A stretch of 51,079 nt of DNA from Lysobacterales bacterium (GTDB lineage: Bacteria > Pseudomonadota > Gammaproteobacteria > Xanthomonadales > Ahniellaceae). This document shows, in pieces, positions 18,734 through 29,537 of this stretch; the first letter of the stretch is position 1; each line of letters starts with the position of its first letter. The stretch lies in contig JAGOEZ010000001.1 in the NCBI GenBank assembly GCA_017997455.1, forward strand, positions 1,980-53,058, given 5' to 3'. Under the pieces are notes generated by a model. The model saw nothing but the letters and a program-made list of their open reading frames with translations, had not been told where the DNA came from and made no database searches. A program made the position numbers and the translations under genes.

Positions 18734-18879
18734 AAGCCCAGGCCGGCACGGTTCCCAGGGTGCAAAACGCGGCCTGCGTCACGTTGCGGCACGAATGCCC
18801 GGCCGAAGCTTGCGCTGGATCACGGCGCGCCCGCGCGCCGGTCGCTAGCCTGATCGCACCCACGCCCGACCCTGCGCCC

Positions 18880-20625
18880 ATGATCCGTCGCCTGCTCCTG
18901 CTTTGTGTCCTGATCCTGCCCTGGCTGCCCGCGTGCGCCGCCGAGACCTTCTACGCCAGCGCCGTGCCCAGCGGCAGCATCGAAGTCAGCCTGCATCCGA
19001 CCGAGGGCATCGCCGCGGGATCGACCCGGATCGTCACCTTCGGGGTGCCGTTTCCGCGCGGTTCGCTGACCGCGGCCCAGCTCGCCAGCGTGCGGGTGCT
19101 GCGCAACGGCAGTGAAGTCGCGGCCTACGTCGACCAGCTGGCGCCGTGGCGCCACCGCAGCAACGCCGGCATCGACGGCCAATCGGTCCGCATCGCGCGG
19201 ATCCAGATCGAGCACGCCACGGCCGCCACCTATCCCAACGCGGACTCGCTCACCCTGGAGTGGGGCGGCAGCGCCCGCGCGCTGAACCGGCCGGTGCTGC
19301 TCGACCCGCGCGCCAGCTGGCACACCGTCAACAGCGGCAGCTTCGCCAGCGCGGACAACGTGCAGGAGCCCGACGTCTATGCCGTGCTGCCGCGCGCCTG
19401 GCTCGCGCACGGCGTCCTGCGCGGCGTGCGCACCACGGCCTTCGACCCGACCAACACCAACCAGCGCGACGATCCTGCCGCGATGCGCGCGATCGCCAAC
19501 TGGCCCGGCACCCAGGAAGCGGAGCGCGCGCTCAAGAACAACTTCTACACCGCGATCAACGAGGACGATGCGCGCGTCACCGCGGGCAACCAGGTCCCGT
19601 ACAAGACCGTCGCCGAACCCTGGCTCTACGATCGCGCCGCGACCATGTTCGTGCTGTATTCGCGCAGCGGCTCGTTCAAGGCCCTGCGCGAGGCGGTGCG
19701 CGCCACCGATTTCTACGCCGACCGCGTCAATGCCACCGGCCATTTCAGCCTCGCGGCGGGCGACACCAAGTACGCCTACAACGAGTCCATGGCCTATTCC
19801 TACTGGCTCACCGGCGACGCCACCCTGCTGCCCGCGATCTCGCGCGTGGTCGACGCGCAGCAGGGCTTCAGCCATGTCTGGTCGCCGCAGCTGGGCTTCT
19901 GGACCGAGCGCCACACCGCGTTCAAGCTGCTGGCCAACGTGGTCGCCTACGAGGTCACCGGCAGCAGCACGCTGCGCGACCGCGTGACCACGATCCTGGC
20001 CGACCTGCGCCGCCACCAGGACGGCGCCAATGGCCAGGTGCCGACGCCGCGCATCGACGGCGGCCTGTACCACACCGGCGAGCAGCACGGCGATTGGGGT
20101 CCTGAGCTGGGCGCCTCGCCGTGGATGAGCGTGCTGGTCACCGACGCCGTCGTGCGCGCCTACGGCAGCGGCGAGGACGCGGCCACCGCGCAGTTCCTGC
20201 TGCGCATGGGCCGCTACATGAATTCCAGCCTGGTGCTGGACCCGGAGGATCCCTATGGCACCGGCGCGCCCGCGCTGGCTTCGCTGTACGCGACCCTGCT
20301 CAATGGCGGCGACGCCTTCGGCGAGGGCGGGCAGGAAGAGCATTCGCTCGAGGTGGCTGCGCACATCGCCTGGGCGTACTACTTCAGCGATCTGCTTGGC
20401 GCGCCGGAGCCGGCCCTGCGCCAGCGCGCGCTGGACCTCTACGAGACCTACGACGCCGGGGTCAACTTCTGGATCCGTCCCACTGCCCCGGCCAGCGGAC
20501 TTGCCGCATACCGGGTTTCACCGCCGCGCAAATGGGGCTGGGAGCACCGCACCGCCGACGCAATGGCCTTCGCGCTGGGCCTCAACGCGCCGCCGCCGAC
20601 CCTGTTCACCAGCGGCTTCGAATAG
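18880..20625 (+). CDS. Secreted protein of unknown function, possibly an alpha/alpha-toroid carbohydrate-active-like fold
   Basis: This is the tail of track ORF 17863..20625, from ATG 18880. Signal peptide MIRRLLLLCVLILPWLPACAAE. About 581 aa, rich in W/Y/H helices. I recognise no catalytic motif. The C-terminus is PPPTLFTSGFE. Confidence 0.65.
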   Translation: MIRRLLLLCVLILPWLPACAAETFYASAVPSGSIEVSLHPTEGIAAGSTRIVTFGVPFPRGSLTAAQLASVRVLRNGSEVAAYVDQLAPWRHRSNAGIDGQSVRIARIQIEHATAATYPNADSLTLEWGGSARALNRPVLLDPRASWHTVNSGSFASADNVQEPDVYAVLPRAWLAHGVLRGVRTTAFDPTNTNQRDDPAAMRAIANWPGTQEAERALKNNFYTAINEDDARVTAGNQVPYKTVAEPWLYDRAATMFVLYSRSGSFKALREAVRATDFYADRVNATGHFSLAAGDTKYAYNESMAYSYWLTGDATLLPAISRVVDAQQGFSHVWSPQLGFWTERHTAFKLLANVVAYEVTGSSTLRDRVTTILADLRRHQDGANGQVPTPRIDGGLYHTGEQHGDWGPELGASPWMSVLVTDAVVRAYGSGEDAATAQFLLRMGRYMNSSLVLDPEDPYGTGAPALASLYATLLNGGDAFGEGGQEEHSLEVAAHIAWAYYFSDLLGAPEPALRQRALDLYETYDAGVNFWIRPTAPASGLAAYRVSPPRKWGWEHRTADAMAFALGLNAPPPTLFTSGFE

Positions 20626-20652
20626 CCCGATCCGCGAATCGCGGCACGCACG

Positions 20653-20679
20653 CCCTGCAGGAGCGGCTTCAGCCGCGGA
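20653..20679. repeat. Solo REP monomer, family B (CCCTGCAGGAGCGGCTTCAGCCGCGGA)
   Basis: It matches the arms at 37593, 47935 and 47987 with one mismatch. It overlaps the msrB stop codon (20669-20671) and the last ~3 codons. Confidence 0.75.
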
Positions 20680-21076
20680 CTTCGTCGGCGCTGAAATCCA
20701 GCGCCGCGGAATTGATGCAGTAGCGCAGCCCGGTCGGTCGCGGCCCGTCGGCGAACAGGTGGCCGAGGTGGGAATTGCAGCGCGCGCACAGCACCTCGGT
20801 GCGGCGCATGCCGTGCGATTCGTCGATCCGCTGCGCCACCGCTGCCTGGTCGAGCGGCGAATGGAAGCTGGGCCAGCCGGTTCCCGAGTCGAACTTCGCC
20901 GCCGATCCGAACAGCCCGGCGCCGCAGGCCGCGCAGCGATAGGCGCCCGCGGCCTTGTGGTTCCAGTAGCGGCCGGTGAAGGGCGCCTCGGTGGCCGAGC
21001 AGCGGCACACCGCGTATTGCTCCGGCGTCAGCTCGGCGCGCCACTGCGCGTCGCTCTTGTCGATCTTCGGCTCCAT
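20669..21076 (-). CDS. msrB: Peptide-methionine (R)-S-oxide reductase MsrB
   Basis: Track ORF 20669..21130; I prefer ATG 21076 ([21 protein letters not shown]). Two CxxC pairs (CAAC, CARC), GTGWPSF and RYCINS are MsrB hallmarks. Confidence 0.9.
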   Translation of the reverse strand: MEPKIDKSDAQWRAELTPEQYAVCRCSATEAPFTGRYWNHKAAGAYRCAACGAGLFGSAAKFDSGTGWPSFHSPLDQAAVAQRIDESHGMRRTEVLCARCNSHLGHLFADGPRPTGLRYCINSAALDFSADEVRG

Positions 21077-21156
21077 CGTCGGGTTCCTCCAGCCTGGCGG
21101 CGCGTTGCCGCGCGCTTGCCCATGCGGCAAGCTTAGCCGCCTTTCGTCATCGGACC

Positions 21157-23370
21157 GTGCACGTGCCCCAGTGCTTTCGTCCCACCGCGCTAGCGATCGC
21201 CCTGGTCGTGGTCCTGCCTGCCAAGGTCGCGCTCGCCGCCGATGGTCCGGACTGGTCGCTGTGCGGGGTCAACACGCTGTTCGAGTTCTATACCCCGGGC
21301 CTGCCCACCGAGGTCGACCGCACCCTCGCGCCGACCGACTTCGACGCCGTGAGCGTCGGCGTCGAAGGCCCGCCGGAGGCGCGGATCTACCGCCTCGAGG
21401 GGGCGGCCGTGGTCCAGCGCGGCGACCAGCGCGTCGCCGGCGAGGTCCTGCGATACGACGCCGGCAGCGGGGTGGTCGAGGCCGAGGGCGCGGTGACCTA
21501 CCAGGACCGCACCCTGCTGCTGGGCGCCGATCGCGCGCGCAGCGACACCCGCAAGGACGCGACCCGGCTCGACAACGTCAGCTTCCAGTTGCTGGCGGCG
21601 CGCGGCAACGGCACCGCCCGGAGCGCCGAACTGCTCGATCGCGACCACGCCGAGCTGACGATGGTGAGCTTCTCGACCTGCAATCCCGACCAGCGCGACT
21701 GGGAGATCACGGCCGACCGCATGAAGCTCGACCAGTCCACGGGCACGGGCTACGCGCACGACATGCGCCTGCGCTTCAAGGACGTGACCCTGCTGCGCCT
21801 GCCCTACGCGACCTTCCCGATCGACGACCGCCGCCGCAGCGGCTTCCTGCTGCCTTCGATCGGCGCTTCCAACAACGGCGGCTTCGACTTCGCGGTGCCC
21901 TACTACCTCAACCTCGCGCCGAACTACGACGCCACCCTGGTGCCGCGCGTGATCACCGACCGCGGCTTCATGGCCGGCGGCGAACTGCGCTACCTCGACC
22001 GCACCCAGCGCGTGACCCTGTCGGGCGACTACCTGCCGGACGACGACGAGGCCGACCGCGACCGCTGGTCGTACCGGGTCACCGAGACCGGCACCTACGG
22101 GCCGAATTTCTTCAGCCTGGTCGACATCAACAAGGTCTCGGACAACCGCTACTTCGAGGATTTCGGCGACAGCCTCAGCAGCGCGGCGACCAGCCTGCTG
22201 CCATCCACCGCCTACCTGCACGGCCGCGGCGAGTGGTGGAACATCGCCTTCGGCGGCGACGATTTCGACGTCACCGACCCGACGCTGGCGCCGGGGAGCG
22301 AGCCCTATACCCGCCTGCCGCGCTTCACCGCCAACCTCGACTACCGCCTCGCCGACTGGGCCCGGGTCGGCCTCGACACCGAACTGGTGGCGTTCGAGAA
22401 GGATGCGGCGCTCGACGGCGACCGCTACGACGTCACGCCGTGGGTGTCGTTCCCGATCGAGCGCGCGGCCTGGTACCTGCGGCCGCGCCTGGCTTACCGC
22501 CAGACCGACTACGACCTCGACGGCGCCACCGAGGGTTCGCCCGACCGCGGCCTGCCGATCACGAGCCTCGATGCCGGGATGTACTTCGACCGCGCCACGC
22601 GCTGGGGCGATAGACCGCTGCGCCAGACCCTGGAGCCGCGCCTGTACTACCTCAACGTGCCCTACCGCAACCAGGACGAGCTGCCGATCTTCGACACCCA
22701 GGAGCTGACCTTCGGCTTCGCGCAACTGTTCCGCAACAACCGCTATACCGGCGCCGACCGCCAGCAGGATGCGAACCAGCTCGCGCTGGCCCTGAGCACC
22801 CGCGTGATCGACGACAGCGACGGGCGCGAACTGGTGCGGGCGAGCATCGGGCAGATCCGCTATTTCGAGGACCAGGAGGTGCAGCTGCCGGGCGTGGCGC
22901 CCACCGACGACGAGGGCTCGGAACTGGTCGGCGAAATCGCCTTCGAGCGCGAGCGCTGGGGCTTCGCCTGGGCCCAGCAGTACGACCCGGAGGACGACAA
23001 CACGACCCTGTCCTCGGTCCGGGCCCAGTACCGCTTCGGCGACGCGGGCGTGGCCAACGCCGCCTACCGCTACCGGCGCGACGAGTTCGAGCAGGTCGAC
23101 TTCTCGGCGGCCATCCCGGTCTCGGAGCGGGTCCGCCTGATCGGGCGCTGGAACTGGTCGCTGCCCGACGACCAGACCCTGGAGACCTTCGCCGGGATCG
23201 AGTACGAGAGCTGCTGCTACGAGGTGCGCTTCCTGGGCCGCCGCTACGTGCGCAATACCGAGGGCGACTATGCCAATGCGGTCTACCTCGAACTGGAGCT
23301 CAAGGGCCTGGGCTCGCTGGGGCGCCGCTCGGGTGATTTCCTGCGCCGTGCTATCCTTGGATATCGTTGA
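21157..23370 (+). CDS. lptD: LPS-assembly outer-membrane protein LptD (Imp/OstA)
   Basis: 737 aa with a GTG start and a signal peptide. An OstA-N-like segment is followed by [30 protein letters not shown] and a large barrel. It lies upstream of surA as in E. coli. Confidence 0.9.
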   Translation: MHVPQCFRPTALAIALVVVLPAKVALAADGPDWSLCGVNTLFEFYTPGLPTEVDRTLAPTDFDAVSVGVEGPPEARIYRLEGAAVVQRGDQRVAGEVLRYDAGSGVVEAEGAVTYQDRTLLLGADRARSDTRKDATRLDNVSFQLLAARGNGTARSAELLDRDHAELTMVSFSTCNPDQRDWEITADRMKLDQSTGTGYAHDMRLRFKDVTLLRLPYATFPIDDRRRSGFLLPSIGASNNGGFDFAVPYYLNLAPNYDATLVPRVITDRGFMAGGELRYLDRTQRVTLSGDYLPDDDEADRDRWSYRVTETGTYGPNFFSLVDINKVSDNRYFEDFGDSLSSAATSLLPSTAYLHGRGEWWNIAFGGDDFDVTDPTLAPGSEPYTRLPRFTANLDYRLADWARVGLDTELVAFEKDAALDGDRYDVTPWVSFPIERAAWYLRPRLAYRQTDYDLDGATEGSPDRGLPITSLDAGMYFDRATRWGDRPLRQTLEPRLYYLNVPYRNQDELPIFDTQELTFGFAQLFRNNRYTGADRQQDANQLALALSTRVIDDSDGRELVRASIGQIRYFEDQEVQLPGVAPTDDEGSELVGEIAFERERWGFAWAQQYDPEDDNTTLSSVRAQYRFGDAGVANAAYRYRRDEFEQVDFSAAIPVSERVRLIGRWNWSLPDDQTLETFAGIEYESCCYEVRFLGRRYVRNTEGDYANAVYLELELKGLGSLGRRSGDFLRRAILGYR

Positions 23371-23520
23371 TTATCCTTATGTTTGTCGGATTTCCGGGGC
23401 GCCTACAGCCGCGATAGGCCCCTTTCGCAGCTGATGGCGCTCCCGCAAGGCTGCGCCCCCTAACCCCCCATTAATACCCGCCGCGCGACAATCGCGGCTT
23501 CCGAATCGCGCCAGGCCCCC

Positions 23521-24867
23521 ATGCACACCGACATGACCAGATTCCTCGCCCTCGTCGTCCTCGCCCTCGCCCTCGCCGCGCTCGGCGCCGCCCAGGGCGC
23601 GCGGGCGCAGGCGCTCTCGACCGATCCCGTCGACCGCATCGTCGCGGTGGTGGACGAGGACGTCATCCTGCAGAGCGAACTCGACCGCGCGGTCGGCAAC
23701 ATCCTCGCGCAGTACGCCGGGCGCCCCGGGCAGCTGCCGGCGCGCGAGGTGATCGAGCGCCAGGTGCTCGAGCGGCTGATCACGATCCGGCTGCAGCTCG
23801 CGCGCGCGGAGCAGACCGGAATCCGGGTCAACGACACCGAGCTCGACCAGTCGGTGATGCGGCTCGCGCAGCAGAACAACGTCAGCCTCGACCAGCTGCG
23901 CGCCTCGCTCGAGCGCGACGGCTTCAGCTACACCGAGTTCCGCGACACCATGCGCGACGAGCTCCTGGTGCAGCGCCTGCGCCAGCGCTTCGTGCAGAGC
24001 CGCGTCAACGTCACCGATACCGAGGTCGATATCCTGCTCGCCAGCGAGAGCCTCAAGCGCGGCGAGGTGCGGCTGTCGCACATCCTCGTCGGCGTGCCCG
24101 ATGGCGCCAGCGCGGCGCAGATCCAGGCCGCGCGCGAGAAGGCCGAGATGGTCATGAAGGAGATCGACGGCGGCCTCGACTTCGCCTCGGCCGCGATCCG
24201 CTTTTCCGATGGCCAGCAGGCGCTCGAGGGTGGCGACCTCGGCTGGCGCAAGTACAACGAGGTGCCGGACGCCTTCGCGGACCAGATCGCCGGCATGCAA
24301 CCCGGCGAGGTCACCCAGCCGATGCGCGGCCCCAGCGGCTTCCACATCCTCAAGCTGGTCGAGGTCCGCGAGCAGCAGCAGGAGCTGGTGCGCGAGTACA
24401 ACGCGCGCCACATCATGGTCAACACCAGCGAGCTGGTCACCGCCGACGACGCCCTCGCCACGGTGCGGGACATCCGCCGCCGGCTCGAGGCCGGCACCGA
24501 TTTCGCCGAACTGGCCAAGGAGTTCAGCGACGACAACACCACCGCCAACCTCGGCGGCGACATGGGCTGGTTCGAGATCGGCGCCTACGGCACCCGCGTC
24601 GAGCAGGTGCTGGGCGGGCTCGACGACGGCGAGCTGTCGGAGCCGTTCCAGACCGAGGTGGGCTGGCACCTGATGCAGCGCCTTGGCACGCGCGAGGCCG
24701 ACGTGACCGACGAGCGCCGCCGCGAGCAGGCGCGCGAGATCGTGCGCAACCGCAAGGCCGAGGAGGAGTACGACCTCTACCTGCGCCAGCTGCGCGGCGA
24801 GGCCTACATCGAGAACCGCCTCACCGAGCAGGCCGAGCCGGCAGCCGACTCGACCACGACGGGTTGA
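23521..24867 (+). CDS. surA: Periplasmic chaperone / peptidyl-prolyl isomerase SurA
   Basis: 448 aa with a signal peptide. N-terminal VDRIVAVVDEDVILQSELD and two parvulin PPIase domains (SHILV.., GGDLGW; ARHIMV.., GGDMGWF). Confidence 0.9.
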   Translation: MHTDMTRFLALVVLALALAALGAAQGARAQALSTDPVDRIVAVVDEDVILQSELDRAVGNILAQYAGRPGQLPAREVIERQVLERLITIRLQLARAEQTGIRVNDTELDQSVMRLAQQNNVSLDQLRASLERDGFSYTEFRDTMRDELLVQRLRQRFVQSRVNVTDTEVDILLASESLKRGEVRLSHILVGVPDGASAAQIQAAREKAEMVMKEIDGGLDFASAAIRFSDGQQALEGGDLGWRKYNEVPDAFADQIAGMQPGEVTQPMRGPSGFHILKLVEVREQQQELVREYNARHIMVNTSELVTADDALATVRDIRRRLEAGTDFAELAKEFSDDNTTANLGGDMGWFEIGAYGTRVEQVLGGLDDGELSEPFQTEVGWHLMQRLGTREADVTDERRREQAREIVRNRKAEEEYDLYLRQLRGEAYIENRLTEQAEPAADSTTTG

Positions 24868-24882
24868 GGCCGGGGCGCGGCC

Positions 24883-25896
24883 TTGGCGACCGCGCCGACC
24901 GTCCCGCGCATTCCCCGCATCGCGGTCACCGCGGGCGAGCCCGCCGGCATCGGCCCCGAGCTGGTCGCCGCGCTGGCCCGGCGCGATTGGCCGCTGCAAC
25001 TGGTCGCGATCGGCGATGCGGCCACGATCGCGGCGCGCGCGCTCGATTCCCGGCTGGAACTGGTCCCCTACGACCCCGCATTGCCGGCCGCGCCCGCGCG
25101 CGCCGGGCGCCTCGAGGTCCTGGACGTGCCGCTGGCCGCGCCGGCGGTCGCCGGGCGCCTCGACCCGGCCAATGCCGGCCACGTGCTGCAGGTCCTGGCG
25201 CGGGCCAGCGATGGCGCGCTCGACGGGCGCTTCGATGCCGTCGTGACCGCGCCGGTGCACAAGGGCGTGATCAACGACGGCGGGCAGGCCTTCACTGGCC
25301 ACACCGAGTTCTTCGCCGGGCGCGCGCGCTGCGCGGTGGTGATGATGCTGGCCGCGCCGCGCCTGCGCGTGGCCCTGGCCACCACCCACCTGCCGCTGGC
25401 GGCAGTGCCCGCCGCGATCACGCGCGAGGGCCTCGCCTGCAGCCTGCGGATCCTCGACCATGACCTGCGCGCGCGCTTCGGCATCGCCCGGCCGCGCATC
25501 GGCGTGCTGGGCCTCAATCCGCATGCCGGCGAGGGCGGCCACCTGGGCCGCGAGGAAATCGAGACCATCGCGCCGGTGCTGGCGGCCCTGCGCGACGAGG
25601 GACTGGAACTCGAAGGGCCGCTCGCGGCCGACACCGCCTTCGTGCCGGCGCGGCTGGATCGCTGCAATGCGTACCTCGCCATGTACCACGACCAGGGCCT
25701 GCCGGTGCTCAAGGCACTGGGCTTCGGCGATGCGGTCAACGTGACCCTGGGCCTGCCCTACGTCCGCAGCTCGGTCGACCACGGCGTGGCGCTGGACCTC
25801 GCCGGCAGCGGCCGCGCCGACCCCGCGAGCCTGCAGGCTGCGCTCGAACTGGCACGCGTGCTGGCCCTGCGCGGCACCGCGCTGGCCGCGGGCTGA
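24883..25896 (+). CDS. pdxA: 4-hydroxythreonine-4-phosphate dehydrogenase PdxA
   Basis: 337 aa. [38 protein letters not shown] and VRSSVDHG. The only in-frame start after the surA stop is TTG at 24883. Confidence 0.9.
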   Translation: MATAPTVPRIPRIAVTAGEPAGIGPELVAALARRDWPLQLVAIGDAATIAARALDSRLELVPYDPALPAAPARAGRLEVLDVPLAAPAVAGRLDPANAGHVLQVLARASDGALDGRFDAVVTAPVHKGVINDGGQAFTGHTEFFAGRARCAVVMMLAAPRLRVALATTHLPLAAVPAAITREGLACSLRILDHDLRARFGIARPRIGVLGLNPHAGEGGHLGREEIETIAPVLAALRDEGLELEGPLAADTAFVPARLDRCNAYLAMYHDQGLPVLKALGFGDAVNVTLGLPYVRSSVDHGVALDLAGSGRADPASLQAALELARVLALRGTALAAG

Positions 25897-25945
25897 GCGC
25901 GTGGCGCGCGCCGGACGGCCTCCATCGCGACCTGGGCGCGCGTCC

Positions 25946-26749
25946 ATGCCGGACGAAGCCGCGACCGGACCGCACCGGACCAAGAAGCGCTTCGGGCAAC
26001 ATTTCCTCCACGACCGCGGCGTGATCGAGCGCCTGCTGCGCGCGATCGACCCCCAGCCAGGCGAACGCTTCGTCGAAATCGGGCCGGGCGACGGCGCACT
26101 GACCTTCCCGCTGCTGGCCCGCATCGGCCGGCTGACCGCGATCGAGCTCGACCGCGACCTGATCCCGCGCCTGCGCGAGCGCGGCGGCGATGCGCTCGAA
26201 CTGGTCGAGGCCGACGCCCTGACGGTGGACCTGACGGCGCTGGCGGCAGGCCAGCCAATGCGCCTGGTCGGCAACCTGCCCTACAACATCTCGACGCCGA
26301 TCCTGTTCCATGCGCTGGCGCACGCCGGCGTGGTGCAGGACATGCACTTCATGCTGCAGAAGGAAGTGGTGGACCGGATGGGTGCGGGCCCCGGCAGCAA
26401 GGTCTACGGGCGCCTGTCGGTGATGCTGCAGGCGCGCTGCCGGGTCGAGCCGCTGTTCAAGGTCGGGCCGGGAGCCTTCCAGCCGCCGCCCAAGGTCGAC
26501 TCGGCGATCGTGCGCCTGGTGCCATTGCCGGCGGCGGCGATCGGGCTGCTCGATCCGGCGCGCTTCGAAGCCGTGGTCCGTGCCGCGTTCGCGCAACGGC
26601 GCAAGACCCTGCGCAACGCGCTGGCCGGGGTCGCCGATGTCGCCACGCTGCAGGCGGCCGGCATCGATCCGCAGGCCCGCGCCGAAACGGTGGCCGTGGC
26701 CGACTACGTGGCGCTGGCCAACCGCCTCGCCACCACCATGCCCGCCTAG
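25946..26749 (+). CDS. rsmA: 16S rRNA (adenine1518/1519-N6)-dimethyltransferase RsmA/KsgA
   Basis: Track ORF begins at GTG 25901; I prefer ATG 25946. [22 protein letters not shown] and [10 protein letters not shown]. Confidence 0.9.
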   Translation: MPDEAATGPHRTKKRFGQHFLHDRGVIERLLRAIDPQPGERFVEIGPGDGALTFPLLARIGRLTAIELDRDLIPRLRERGGDALELVEADALTVDLTALAAGQPMRLVGNLPYNISTPILFHALAHAGVVQDMHFMLQKEVVDRMGAGPGSKVYGRLSVMLQARCRVEPLFKVGPGAFQPPPKVDSAIVRLVPLPAAAIGLLDPARFEAVVRAAFAQRRKTLRNALAGVADVATLQAAGIDPQARAETVAVADYVALANRLATTMPA

Positions 26750-27501
26750 GGGAAGCGGTAGGAGGCGCCCACGAACACGTAGGCACGGTAGCTGTCTTCC
26801 ATGATCGGACTGTCGCTGATGTCGTCCGGGTAGAAGTCGGCGCCGACGTTGACCAGCCAGTTCCAGCGGTCCGTGAGCGGTGCGCCGAAGGTGTAGTTGG
26901 GGCTGATGATCACGCTGCCGCCCGGCGAATAGGCTGGCCGCCCGGGCACTGCCTCGGCGTCTTCGACGCCGAAGTAGTAGTCGGCCAGCGAGGAGCTGTA
27001 GTAAGCGATCCGCACCGCGGGCAGTCCGAAGCGCGTGAGCTTGGACCAGGTGATGTCGGCCTGGTAGCCACCGTGGCGGTCGAGGGTGTCGGCGCCGACG
27101 GAGAATGCGAACTTGCCGAAGGTCTCGGAACGGCGCACGTAGGCGAGGCCGGCATCGAGGGTGCCATCGCGGTCGTCCATGCCATCGAGGAAGTCGGAAT
27201 CGTCTTCCTCGTAGCCGTCGAAGCGCCACTCGGCGAAGGCATCCACCGACCAGCGCTCATCACCCGCGATCTGGAATCCCAGACCGGTCTCGCGCACGAA
27301 CAAGCGGCCTATGCGCCAGGTGATGGTGGGGAAGGCATAGAGCTCGCTGTCCACGCCCTTGTAGGGCTCGGTGTTCCAGAGCACGCCCACGCCCAGGGTA
27401 TTGCCGGTGTCACGGGCGTCGATGACCTGGGCCCCGGCAAGACCGGCATGGAGCGCGATCCACACGATCAGGGATCTGGCGAGCAGCACGACAGGACGCA
27501 T
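26746..27501 (-). CDS. mipA: MipA/OmpV-family outer-membrane protein
   Basis: This is the tail of track ORF 26746..27978, from ATG 27501. Signal peptide [57 protein letters not shown] and an alternating beta-strand pattern ending ..GASYRFP. Its stop overlaps the rsmA stop (CTAG, 26746-26749). Confidence 0.75.
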   Translation of the reverse strand: MRPVVLLARSLIVWIALHAGLAGAQVIDARDTGNTLGVGVLWNTEPYKGVDSELYAFPTITWRIGRLFVRETGLGFQIAGDERWSVDAFAEWRFDGYEEDDSDFLDGMDDRDGTLDAGLAYVRRSETFGKFAFSVGADTLDRHGGYQADITWSKLTRFGLPAVRIAYYSSSLADYYFGVEDAEAVPGRPAYSPGGSVIISPNYTFGAPLTDRWNWLVNVGADFYPDDISDSPIMEDSYRAYVFVGASYRFP

Positions 27502-27597
27502 TGGGGGACTCCGCGGGAGGGCGCGGCGAGTATACGCGATCGATTGCGAGCCCGGCCGCCCCTTGAATGCGGAGGCCCGCTTCCCGAGAATCCCCCC

Positions 27598-27981
27598 ATG
27601 CCCAGCACCAAGAGCCACGACATCCGGGTCCAGGTCGCCACGCGATTCCTGGACGAGCAGTCGCACCCGACCCAGAATCGCTTCGTGTTCTCCTACACGG
27701 TCACGATCCGCAACCGGGGCGAAACCCCGGCCAAGCTTCTGTCCCGTCACTGGATCATCACCGACGGCAACGGCAAGGTGCAGGAAGTGCGCGGCGACGG
27801 CGTGGTCGGCGAGCAGCCGCGCGTGCGGCCCGGCGAGGACTACCAGTACACCTCGGGCGCCGTGCTCGAGACCGCCGTGGGCACCATGCGCGGCAGCTAC
27901 CAGATGCTGTCCGAGGACGGCACCCGCTTCGACGCCGCGATTCCCGAGTTCACGCTGTCGGTGCCGCGGACCCTGCACTGA
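27598..27981 (+). CDS. apaG: ApaG (DUF525) protein
   Basis: This is the tail of track ORF 27073..27981, from ATG 27598. IRVQVATRFLDEQSHPTQNRFVFSYTVTIRN, LLSRHWIITDGNG, GEQP and Y.YTSG are ApaG signatures. Confidence 0.9.
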   Translation: MPSTKSHDIRVQVATRFLDEQSHPTQNRFVFSYTVTIRNRGETPAKLLSRHWIITDGNGKVQEVRGDGVVGEQPRVRPGEDYQYTSGAVLETAVGTMRGSYQMLSEDGTRFDAAIPEFTLSVPRTLH

Positions 27982-28820
27982 TGGCGACGTACGCCATCGG
28001 CGACGTCCAGGGCTGCCACGATCCGCTGCGGCGACTGCTCGACAAGCTCAAGTTCGACCCGGCGCGCGACCGCCTGTGGTTCTGCGGCGACCTCGTCAAT
28101 CGTGGCGGCCAGTCGCTCGAAGTGCTGCGGCTGGTGCGCTCGCTCGACGACGTCAGCAAGGTGGTGCTGGGCAACCACGACCTCTCGCTGCTGGCGATCG
28201 CCGGGCGCAAGGAGTCCGACCAGCGCAAGGTCAACCCCGACCTGCAGCGGGTGCTGTTCGCCGACGACCGGGACGAGCTGATTCCCTGGCTGCGCCAGCG
28301 GCCGCTGCTGCACGTCGACCGGATGCTGGGTTACCTGCTGGTGCATGCCGGCCTCGCGCCCAAGTGGACCGTGGCGCTGGCGGAAAAGCGCGCGCGCGAG
28401 GTCGAGGCGAAGCTGCGCGGCAAGAACCATCCCAAGCTGCTGCGCCAGATGTACGGCAACAAGCCCGGCGCCTGGTCGCCCAAGCTCGAGGGCATGGAGC
28501 GCATGCGCGCGATCATCAACGTGATGACGCGGCTGCGCTTCTGCGACGTGCGCGGCCGCATCGCCTTCGACGAGAAGGGCGCGCCGGGCACGCAGACGCC
28601 CGGGCTCTATCCCTGGTTCGAGGTCCCCGGCCAGATCAAGCGCGAGCTGCGCGTGGTCACCGGGCACTGGTCCACGCTGGGCCTGTTCATGGGCTTGGGC
28701 GTCTATGGCATCGACACCGGTTGCGTGTGGGGCGGCCCGCTCACTGCACTGGAACTGGGCCCGGAGCCGCGCGTGATCCAGGTGCCCGGCAAGCCCGGCG
28801 CCAAGGGCGGCGGCGACTAG
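27981..28820 (+). CDS. apaH: Bis(5'-nucleosyl)-tetraphosphatase (symmetrical) ApaH
   Basis: This is the tail of track ORF 27567..28820. MATYAIGDVQGC, GDLVNRG, GNHD and VTGHW are metallophosphatase motifs. It has a TGATG overlap with apaG. Confidence 0.9.
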   Translation: MATYAIGDVQGCHDPLRRLLDKLKFDPARDRLWFCGDLVNRGGQSLEVLRLVRSLDDVSKVVLGNHDLSLLAIAGRKESDQRKVNPDLQRVLFADDRDELIPWLRQRPLLHVDRMLGYLLVHAGLAPKWTVALAEKRAREVEAKLRGKNHPKLLRQMYGNKPGAWSPKLEGMERMRAIINVMTRLRFCDVRGRIAFDEKGAPGTQTPGLYPWFEVPGQIKRELRVVTGHWSTLGLFMGLGVYGIDTGCVWGGPLTALELGPEPRVIQVPGKPGAKGGGD

Positions 28821-28843
28821 CGTCCTGGTCCCCGGCGCGCTGC

Positions 28844-28930
28844 TGTCGGAGCGCATCTCATGCGCGACCGCGGATTCGCACGCTTCGGGGCGCTTCAGTG
28901 CCGGGATCGCGCATGAGATGCGCTCCTACA
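28844..28930. repeat. REP inverted pair, family A (left terminus degenerate: TGTCGGAGCGCATCTCATGCGCGACCGCGG)
   Basis: Inverted arms were read directly. It lies between the convergent apaH and folA 3' ends. Confidence 0.85.
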
Positions 28931-29003
28931 AAGGCCAGGCCGCGACATGGCGGATGGACGAGCGCGGCCAGTTCGCCACCACCGCCGCATCCCGCGCCAT
29001 TCA

Positions 29004-29507
29004 CTATCCGAGAATCCGATCGCAGCCCAGGAACGTGAATGCGTGCGCGTGCCGGCCGTCCGCCGCATGTGCCTCGCGCCGCGTTTCCCTCCAGTCCGCG
29101 GTGCGCCATGGCGGAAACCATGCGTCGGCACTCGGCAAGCGGGTGTCGACTTCCGTCAGTTCAAGGCGATCCGCCAGTGGCAAGGCCAGCGCGTAGACCT
29201 CGCCGCCGCCGATCACCATCAATTCGGCGCCGGCGGCTCGCGCGAGGGCCTCGGCCAGCGATGCCACCGCCTGCATGCCCGCGTGCGGCACCCGACCACT
29301 GCGTGTGAGCACGAGATTCAGACGTCCCGGCAACGCACGCCGCAGCGACTCCGCGGTCTTGCGTCCCATGAGGACCGGCTTGCCCAGCGTCAGCGCCTTG
29401 AAGCGTCGCAGGTCGTCCGGCAGGTGCCATGGCAGCTTGCCGTCCACGCCGATGGCGCGGTTGCGGTCCATGGCGGCGACCAGCGTGATGCGGATCGGGG
29501 CGGACAC
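29004..29507 (-). CDS. folA: Dihydrofolate reductase FolA
   Basis: 167 aa. ITLVAAMDRNRAIGVDGKLPWHLPDDLRRFKALTLGKPVLMGRKT and MVIGGGEVY. It is convergent with apaH as in E. coli. Confidence 0.9.
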   Translation of the reverse strand: MSAPIRITLVAAMDRNRAIGVDGKLPWHLPDDLRRFKALTLGKPVLMGRKTAESLRRALPGRLNLVLTRSGRVPHAGMQAVASLAEALARAAGAELMVIGGGEVYALALPLADRLELTEVDTRLPSADAWFPPWRTADWRETRREAHAADGRHAHAFTFLGCDRILG

Positions 29508-29537
29508 CTGCTGGGGCAGCGTGCGACGCGGGCCGGC

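Noticed and set aside
23371-23520. 150-nt, relatively AT-rich lptD-surA spacer considered as a possible sRNA or degenerate REP.
   Set aside because: It has only short weak hairpins (for example GCCGCG..CGCGGC) and no match to the REP scaffold. It most simply houses a surA promoter/5' UTR, and I cannot support more from sequence alone.
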